Below, piece by piece: positions 40,820-47,646 of a stretch of 64,000 bases of DNA. The stretch is taken from NCBI GenBank assembly GCA_965242695.1, contig CBDESU010000002.1, forward strand, positions 192,001-256,000. The letters are read 5' to 3'. Below the pieces are notes generated by a model, which saw only the letters and a program-made list of their open reading frames with translations, ran no database searches and was not told the DNA's origin. This DNA is from Cenarchaeum sp. Its GTDB lineage: Archaea; Thermoproteota; Nitrososphaeria; Nitrososphaerales; Nitrosopumilaceae. The position numbers and the translations under genes were made by a program. The first letter of the stretch is position 1. Every line of letters starts with the position of its first letter.

Positions 40820-41364
40820 GCCCCTCTCAGGACGCTATCCCGATCGCGGCTGCGGGCGACGGCAAAAGGACGCTCCTTGTCCAGAAAAGCCTCGTCGAGG
40901 AGACGTACCGCATGTTCGAGCGAAACAGGTGCAGGCAGAGGGTGTCGGTCGCCTACTGGTACGGGACAGGACGGCCGCAACTCGGGACAAGCGCCGTCCT
41001 GTCCTTGGGAGTGCCCCGGGCCGAGTGCAATGTGGTCGACTACCATGTGGAAGAGCCAGAGATCGCCCGCCTCGGCCACGCAATAAGGAGACAGGCGCCG
41101 GGGTCGATGGGGTCGCTGGCGCAGTTCTATACCCAGCCGAGCGGGGACGGACGACACTCCAAGAACGAAGACCTCAACGCCATCAGCCTGCGCGACGGCT
41201 TTCTGTCCCTGGCCGCGCCCTACTACGGGAAGAGGACGGAGCCGCTCATGGGCAACATAACCGTGCACGAGTGCTGGAAGGGCCGCTGGCGCGTACTGGG
41301 AGAGTCGGAGCGCCCTGGGCGCATCAAGATCATCGACAGCCTTGTCGACATGGAGGCGGGCTGA
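40816..41364 (+). CDS. Catalytically degenerate JAB/JAMM protein
   Basis: Paralog of 43107 with E to V, HTH to YTQ and SxxD to SxxE. ATGA-coupled to the E2 gene. Confidence 0.75.
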   Translation: MSPSQDAIPIAAAGDGKRTLLVQKSLVEETYRMFERNRCRQRVSVAYWYGTGRPQLGTSAVLSLGVPRAECNVVDYHVEEPEIARLGHAIRRQAPGSMGSLAQFYTQPSGDGRHSKNEDLNAISLRDGFLSLAAPYYGKRTEPLMGNITVHECWKGRWRVLGESERPGRIKIIDSLVDMEAG

Positions 41365-43110
41365 ATGGAAAGGCACCTGGACAGCCGCGGGGGCCGCCTG
41401 CCTCGAATCGGTGCAGGGGCCAAGAGGGTGGCCGTCTCCATATCCGAGGCGGCCGCGGAGGGTTCCGAGGGGCAGGCCATGCTGTGGACCGCCTGCAACC
41501 TGCTGTGCAGGCTAAAGGGAGTCGTCGGCGAGCTGGCAGTCTGCGTCCCAGAGGGGGTCGACGTGGCGGCAGGCGCTCCCCCTCCCGCGCCAGGGCGGGG
41601 CGATCTTGGCAGGTCCCTCGTCGACTCGCTCGACGCGTGCTCGCGCGGCTGCGATGTGCGGCTCGCGCAGGGCGAGCCGGAGCAGGGGCTTGATGCCGCC
41701 GTGCTGCTCGGCACGGGCGCACCAGCCGGCACGGGGGCGGCATTCGAGGTCCATGCGGCCTGCTCGGGATGGCTGGCATACGTGTGGCAGGGCTCGAGAC
41801 CCGCGCCGGATGCGGCCGCGCCTAGCGGCGACGGCCACAACCCGTTCGGCGCGGCGACGGCGGCCTGCCTTGCGGTCGGAGAGGTGTTCAAGCGCCTAGG
41901 CGGCCTGGACGTCAAAAAGGGCCGGTTTGCCGAGTCGCTGTGCTTTTCGACCTACGATCTAGAGGTGCATGGAGGACGGGAGGATGCCCCGGCCAACCCG
42001 GCCCTGCCTGCGCATATAGATCTCGGGCGGATTGCGGTCTGCGGCGCCGGCGCAGTGGCGCATGCGTTCTGCCAGGCGATCGCCTCGCTTGGCGAAGTCA
42101 AGGCCGACCTGCTCGTCGTCGACAGAAAGTCCAACTACGCCCTGGGCGACGAGTCCGTCGAGCCGACCAACCTGGCGCGGTACGTCATGGCGACTGGCGC
42201 CGACATAGGGCGCCCCAAGGCCGAGGTACTGTGCGGGAGGATCCGCTCGCCCTGCATACGGGCGGAGCACACCGACGAGGGGATAGAGGCCCTGGCCAGC
42301 AGCGGCGGGCTGTCCGGCGAGGGGCACGTCGTCTCGTGCGTCGACAACAACAGGGCGCGGCACGCCATCCAGGGCTGCATCCCCCGCATCATACGCGGCG
42401 GCAGCGTGTACGACCTGTCCTCCAGGGTGTCCGTATACGACATGGCAGGCGGCACCGCGTGCCTCAGGTGCGAGAACCCCGTCGAGGCGGGCGAGAGCGA
42501 CGAGGGCGTGGCCGAGCGGCTGCGCGACATGGAGCCGGATCGGCGGCGGGCCGAGGCGGGGCGCGCCGGCGTAGACCCCGGCGACCTGGACAGGTACCTA
42601 GAGTCGCCCGCGTGCGGCGCGCTCTCGGGCGATGCGCTGCGCAGGCTCGCCGCCGCCCTTCCCCCCGAATTCTCGGTCAACTTTGCGACCATGCTGAGCG
42701 GCACCCTCCTCGCCGCCGAGGCGTTCAAGGCGGCCTGCCCGCCCCTGCGCCCCGCGCTGGACGGGGCGGCGCGCTCGGACATGTTCTACAGCTTTTGGAA
42801 CTGCCGCCACCGGCTCTCGCGCACGGCGCCGTTCCCCGAGTGCTGGTGCCGCGCAGGGGGCACGACGCCGAGGGACATACATGGAGAAAAGTGGGGGCCG
42901 AAGGCGGCAGCGGCTGGACGGCAAGGGGCAAGCCGCGCCCTGCGCGGCGGGGCGGCGCCGGAGGCGGGCGGGGCGGCAGGAGACGAATGGCGTCCGGCAG
43001 GGGGCCCGAAGGGGAGGGGCGCAGGAGTGGCCGGCCGACTCGAACCCCGCCTCCACGTGCGCCCGCAAGCTGGGGCGGCAGGGCTGCGGCGCGGAGCGTG
43101 GCGCGCATGA
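41365..43110 (+). CDS. E1 ubiquitin-activating-like enzyme (ThiF) with N-terminal inactive domain (BilD-like)
   Basis: N-terminal GW.A..NPFGA..AACLAVGEVFK; GAGAV, D..VEPTNLARY, KAEV and SCVDNNRAR; CLRC; candidate catalytic CG; C-terminal CWC. Confidence 0.88.
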   Translation: MERHLDSRGGRLPRIGAGAKRVAVSISEAAAEGSEGQAMLWTACNLLCRLKGVVGELAVCVPEGVDVAAGAPPPAPGRGDLGRSLVDSLDACSRGCDVRLAQGEPEQGLDAAVLLGTGAPAGTGAAFEVHAACSGWLAYVWQGSRPAPDAAAPSGDGHNPFGAATAACLAVGEVFKRLGGLDVKKGRFAESLCFSTYDLEVHGGREDAPANPALPAHIDLGRIAVCGAGAVAHAFCQAIASLGEVKADLLVVDRKSNYALGDESVEPTNLARYVMATGADIGRPKAEVLCGRIRSPCIRAEHTDEGIEALASSGGLSGEGHVVSCVDNNRARHAIQGCIPRIIRGGSVYDLSSRVSVYDMAGGTACLRCENPVEAGESDEGVAERLRDMEPDRRRAEAGRAGVDPGDLDRYLESPACGALSGDALRRLAAALPPEFSVNFATMLSGTLLAAEAFKAACPPLRPALDGAARSDMFYSFWNCRHRLSRTAPFPECWCRAGGTTPRDIHGEKWGPKAAAAGRQGASRALRGGAAPEAGGAAGDEWRPAGGPKGRGAGVAGRLEPRLHVRPQAGAAGLRRGAWRA

Positions 43111-43847
43111 GCGGATACTGGCGGCCGAGCCACGAGGTCCTGCGGGCCAGCAAGAGCGGCAGGCGCCTTGCCGTGCCGAGGCGCCTGCTGGACGCGACGT
43201 ACGACATATTCGCCGAGCACGGGGACCGCCGCGAGGAGTCCGTGGTCTACTGGTACGGGGCCGAGTCGCTCCGCACCGGCCGCGGCGGAAAGATCGACTT
43301 GGTCGCGGCGGTCGGGGTGCCCCGCGGCAGGTACGCCGAGGGGCAGTTCGCGGTGCAGGCCGACGACGCGGCGCGCCTGGGCAGGGCGATGATGTCGCAG
43401 TCCCTCTCGTGCCTGGCGCAGTTCCACACGCATCCCGGCCGCGGCACCGAGCACTCCGACCACGACGACGGGAACGCGATCAGCATGCGCGACGGCTTTC
43501 TGTCGCTCGTCGCGCCCTGCTACGGGGGCGCAGGGCGCTCCCTGCGGGACGGCGTGACCGTTCACGAGGCCTGGGGGCGCCGGTGGTGCGTGCTGGGCGG
43601 CGGGGCGGCCGAAAAAAGAATCTTTGTCATTGACGACATTGTCGACCAGCGGCAACCGCTGCGCGGAGAAAGGGGCGGCGGGGCCGAGGCCGGGACGGGC
43701 GGGGCGCCGCCTGCGCCGCCCGTACTGCGCCGCGCCGGCGCTGGGGACGCAGACGGAACGGCGCCTGGGCGCGGCGCGGCCGGGCCGCTCTCCCGCGCGG
43801 CATCAGTCATACTATGCAGGATAAAGAGGGCTTTCGGCAGGGCGTAG
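43107..43847 (+). CDS. JAB/JAMM metallopeptidase, intact motif (BilC-like)
   Basis: REESVVYWYG ... AQFHTHPGRGTEHSDHDD matches E...HxH...SxxD. ATGA overlap with the E1 gene. Confidence 0.88.
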   Translation: MSGYWRPSHEVLRASKSGRRLAVPRRLLDATYDIFAEHGDRREESVVYWYGAESLRTGRGGKIDLVAAVGVPRGRYAEGQFAVQADDAARLGRAMMSQSLSCLAQFHTHPGRGTEHSDHDDGNAISMRDGFLSLVAPCYGGAGRSLRDGVTVHEAWGRRWCVLGGGAAEKRIFVIDDIVDQRQPLRGERGGGAEAGTGGAPPAPPVLRRAGAGDADGTAPGRGAAGPLSRAASVILCRIKRAFGRA

Positions 43848-43989
43848 GCAGATCCCGCGTGGGGCGCCGCTGGCCCGGAGGGGCGCGAGGGTGGCGGCGC
43901 GGGGCGCCGTCCCCGGGCGGTGCGGCAGAGCCGCCCGGCGGGCGGTCCTGTCCATGGGGGTGCGGCGCGCCGCTGGCCGCACTTGTGGC

Positions 43990-44606
43990 GCTGGCAGGCG
44001 CGGCCGATGCGACAAGGCTCCTGCCCAGGCACATAATCCTGCTGTACATCTGGTACGCCAAGACGAACGCCTACTAGGACAGCATCGCCATTCAGAGGAG
44101 GATCGGGCAGAAGACTGCGAGTCGCTACATAGCAATCGCCAAGGATGTGCTGTCCCGGACGCTCCCGACGCAGTGCAAATACGGCGGGCACATCCAGAGG
44201 CAGGCCCACATGCGCGAGATGAAAAAGTACCTGCCGGGCCGGACCGCGGCACGCGCATCGAGGACGGCATGCTCAACAGGATGCAGCGGTCGGGGCAGAA
44301 GGGCCCTCACGACAGGTCGTACAACGGGCGCAAAAAGGCCTACATGGCAACACGCTGGGCAGGTTCAGCGCCCGCGGCGAGATGGTCCCGGTGACTCCGA
44401 CCGACAAGGGCACATGCAACGACGTCACCATGGCGAGGAAGTACTGCCTGCACCGGGTCATTGCCACGCAGTGGCTGCACGATCCACACGCGCCGCAGAT
44501 GGACCGCGTGCACCGCATCGACGACACGGAGTTCGCATGCATCGAGACGGAAAAGCCCTGCGCGGACACGTTCGGGCCGGGCCAGAACCACCCCCGCGTC
44601 GACTAG
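43990..44606 (+). mobile_element. IS5-family (ISL2/DDE_Tnp_4-like) transposase pseudogene
   Basis: LLPRHIILLYIWYAKTNAY*DSIA...IGQKTASRYI (HTH_Tnp_4-like), IEDG...RMQRS...RSYNGRKKAY and KGT.NDVTM; contains stops and frameshifts. Confidence 0.6.
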
Positions 44607-44705
44607 ATCGCAGTCGACGACACGGCCCTCTGGCGCGCCGCATACTGTGGCAGTGAGCGGCTCGGCCACCACCACTAGCGTGCCGGCGATCGGCTACGTG
44701 TACAA

Positions 44706-45677
44706 TCAATGATCGTCAAGTGTAGTCTGAACCGCAGACATGTTTTCGCTACACATCTTGTCCAAGAGAAATTCCCTGACATTCTTTTGGCGTGGTAGTG
44801 CATTAATGCGGTACCTGCCATCAGGAAGTTTTTTCGCTAATTTCATTTTATATAGCGTTTTCAGTCCGCGTGTTATCCAGCGAGTCCTTATCTGACTTTG
44901 CTCACCTTGTAGCCCCGACCAGCTTGCATAGTAGTTGTCAAGTCTACTTTTGAGATCTTCAACTGTCACTGTAATGTAGCCCTTCTTGTCAGCAATCAAT
45001 GGCAGTACGTTTTGGTAAAGCATGGACAGCACATAAAGGTCTGGAGGACTCGCTCTTACAAACAATCTTTTTTCATACCTGGCATGCGTCACCTCTATAG
45101 GCATCTCAATGCAAGCGTTCAGGCGTTTGTCGAAATACTTGCAGCCGGTACTTCCACTATCAAGGCCAAGTCGTATCACCTCCCGGGTCTTTCGACCCTT
45201 TATTTTTACTTCCTCCCAATGACCCAAACATAGATTTGTTGCGGTGATGGATGCACCGCTCTTATTTTTTTGCATCAGGACGCGGGCGTGTTCTACATCA
45301 ACCTTACGGACAAGAAGCAGTATAGAGTGCTCCCTGATTCTACCGTTATTAGTCTTCCATCCCGTCTCAATTTCGGCATATTTGGCGATTTGTTCCCCCA
45401 GGTCACGAACCATGTGCTCCTGGTCCTGCGGCAACGACGACTTGATTTCGCAGACTATTCCTTTTCTGTCATTGTCACACTGGAAAATTGCATCGGGCTG
45501 GACATCTTTTGATGCAGCCGTGCGCATTGTCGGCTCGCTTACCTTGAAGCTGCACTCCTCGTTGGGGCCAAAGGCATCTTTCAGTCCCACAGATACTACC
45601 ACTGTGGCATAGTATGCATCGTATTCAGCGTTGCACCGTTCTCTGCAGTTTTCTGCGGAGTGCTCGTCACCATTCAT
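44706..45677 (-). CDS. PD-(D/E)xK nuclease with probable C-terminal winged helix (component B)
   Basis: VQPDAIFQ...IVCEIKSSLP...QIAKY; WITRGLKTLYKMKLAKKLPDGRY; ends QTTLDDH. Overlaps component A by 11 nt. Confidence 0.8.
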   Translation of the reverse strand: MNGDEHSAENCRERCNAEYDAYYATVVVSVGLKDAFGPNEECSFKVSEPTMRTAASKDVQPDAIFQCDNDRKGIVCEIKSSLPQDQEHMVRDLGEQIAKYAEIETGWKTNNGRIREHSILLLVRKVDVEHARVLMQKNKSGASITATNLCLGHWEEVKIKGRKTREVIRLGLDSGSTGCKYFDKRLNACIEMPIEVTHARYEKRLFVRASPPDLYVLSMLYQNVLPLIADKKGYITVTVEDLKSRLDNYYASWSGLQGEQSQIRTRWITRGLKTLYKMKLAKKLPDGRYRINALPRQKNVREFLLDKMCSENMSAVQTTLDDH

Positions 45678-46713
45678 ACTCGCCGATCACGCCCTCGTAA
45701 AATGCAGATGCCAGGAACTCTGTAAGTCGCAGCAACGACGCCTCGGATGTCCGGATCTGCGGTATTATGGCCAGTGCATCGTCACCCACAGACCTTACGG
45801 CAATTGTGGAGTTGTCCATTCTGTCCACTATGGATATGTAGAGGTGTGGGTTGCCGGCATGCACTATCACATAGTTGCAGTGTGTATACTCATCGATCAG
45901 ATTGCAAAACCGCTTCATGTCGTCATCGTCTGCGAACACGTCCCTTTTGTACTTGATCAGCAAAGGCTTCGGTTCTTTGTCAGCGCGTTCGCTCCGGCTG
46001 CGGTGCGAAAAGCGGTTGCGGCGTTCTAATCCATTGTCTATGATCGGGCGCAGTACGTTGGCGTATATCCCCTCTACGTTTCCACTGTGGATAGTGATCA
46101 GCCCCTTGCGGGATACAGTTATGTCCATGGCCTCGCGTCCATCTGTGAATGCGCGTAGGCTGTCAATCACCAAGTTCTTTTTTTCGGCGTCTTTGAATAC
46201 ATCTTCGACAGCGTCATACTCGCGGTTCGCAGCAGTTTTGTCCCATTCCAGAGAGGTCTTTGGCATGGTGCCAATGGTCCTTTTCTTCACGGATTTCTTG
46301 TGCTTTAGTGACGCGCCTGTATTCGCCTCAAACTCTGCAAGGATGCTCCTGATTTTTCCAGACTCGGTAAACGGTGCAAGCACCTCCGGCCCTAGTCTCT
46401 TGACGATGCGCTGTACTATGTCAAAAAACCCACCTCCTTCGCCGCTGAACAGGAGCACATGGCTGTCCTGCTGTAGCGAGTGGAGCCTTCCGTTGGTGTC
46501 TTCGCATGTCACTGAATATATGCTATGGGTGAACGAATCGTGCTGGTCCTTGGAGATCATTGCCACCTTGGCGACAGCATGACTCACTGTGGTGATCATG
46601 CTGGAAATGTCCCCCTCCGACATGAGGCACTGGACCTTTAGCGATCTGCACTCCCTCATGTAGGAATTGACCGCCATGGCTAGATCCAGCGGCATGTCTA
46701 TCGAGTCGCTCAC
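45667..46713 (-). CDS. Hypothetical 348-aa protein, component A
   Basis: C-terminal half aligns with 12690 (RSR, PL.IK, F.D, RF, H..NP, VD..D.S, I.PQ.RT..ASL.RL, F.EG...EY). Low GC. Confidence 0.85.
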   Translation of the reverse strand: MSDSIDMPLDLAMAVNSYMRECRSLKVQCLMSEGDISSMITTVSHAVAKVAMISKDQHDSFTHSIYSVTCEDTNGRLHSLQQDSHVLLFSGEGGGFFDIVQRIVKRLGPEVLAPFTESGKIRSILAEFEANTGASLKHKKSVKKRTIGTMPKTSLEWDKTAANREYDAVEDVFKDAEKKNLVIDSLRAFTDGREAMDITVSRKGLITIHSGNVEGIYANVLRPIIDNGLERRNRFSHRSRSERADKEPKPLLIKYKRDVFADDDDMKRFCNLIDEYTHCNYVIVHAGNPHLYISIVDRMDNSTIAVRSVGDDALAIIPQIRTSEASLLRLTEFLASAFYEGVIGEYEW

Positions 46714-47019
46714 GAGGCCTGCGCCCAGGCTAGCTATCTAAACCTTGCCCCTTGTCTCCTTCCGCAGGCCCCGTAGCGGTGCCGCGCGGGACGCTGCATC
46801 CCCTGCGAGGCGCGCGCGTACACGAACGGCGCAGTCGCGCCAAGGCGGCGCGCCGCCATGCGCCAGCCGATGCCACCTGGCGGCTGGCGCGCCGTAGAGC
46901 GCGCGGCAGGCAGAGCCTAGAGCCGGCGGGCGCTGCATCTAGAGCCGCCATCCGCTTGCGCCCCTCCTCCCCTCCTCCCCCCGCCAAGCCTATTAATGCG
47001 CCCGCGCCGGCGGCGGCGC

Positions 47020-47610
47020 ATGGGCGACGCGTACGGGCCGCAGTTCAAGCCTCCCCCGTCGGCGACCGGCAGGAGGCCCCTCCCCTACATAGAGGAGCAG
47101 CTGCATGCGGCCGTTCCCGACCTGTTCACGGGCGCCCACAAGAGCGCGCTGTACGTCGGGGCCAACCGGCGGCGGCAGCACTTTCTTGACGACTTTATCG
47201 CCGCATGCGAGACGGTCACCATCGTAGAGGCGTTTCCCGAGAACGCGCGGTTCCTGAAGGAGGCCTACGAGGGCCCAAGGGTCCGCGTAGTCGAAGGCGA
47301 CGTGCGCAGCATATCCGGCCTCGTCGAGGAGCGGTTCGACGCGTGCTTTTTCTGGCACGGCCCCGAGCACCTCGGCGAGTCCGAGGCGCCCGGCGTGCTG
47401 CGCGCCCTAGAGGCCATGACCGACCGTACAGTGGTCCTCGGCATGCCCTACGGCAGGCACTACCAGGGCGACGAGTACCGCAACAAGTACGAGAGGCACC
47501 TGTGGCACATCTACCCCGAGGACATGCGCAGGCTAGGCTACGAGACGAGCACCGCCGGCAAGGTAGACGACCGCATGGGCAACATGGTCGCGTGGAAGCG
47601 CGTGGGATGA
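47020..47610 (+). CDS. Class I SAM-dependent methyltransferase-like protein
   Basis: SALYVGA, TIVEAF, VVEGDVR, FDACFFWHGPEHL, MPYG and N.YE.H motifs. Confidence 0.75.
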   Translation: MGDAYGPQFKPPPSATGRRPLPYIEEQLHAAVPDLFTGAHKSALYVGANRRRQHFLDDFIAACETVTIVEAFPENARFLKEAYEGPRVRVVEGDVRSISGLVEERFDACFFWHGPEHLGESEAPGVLRALEAMTDRTVVLGMPYGRHYQGDEYRNKYERHLWHIYPEDMRRLGYETSTAGKVDDRMGNMVAWKRVG

Positions 47611-47646
47611 CCTGCGCGGCGCGTCCGCCGGGGCGGCGCCCATCCC

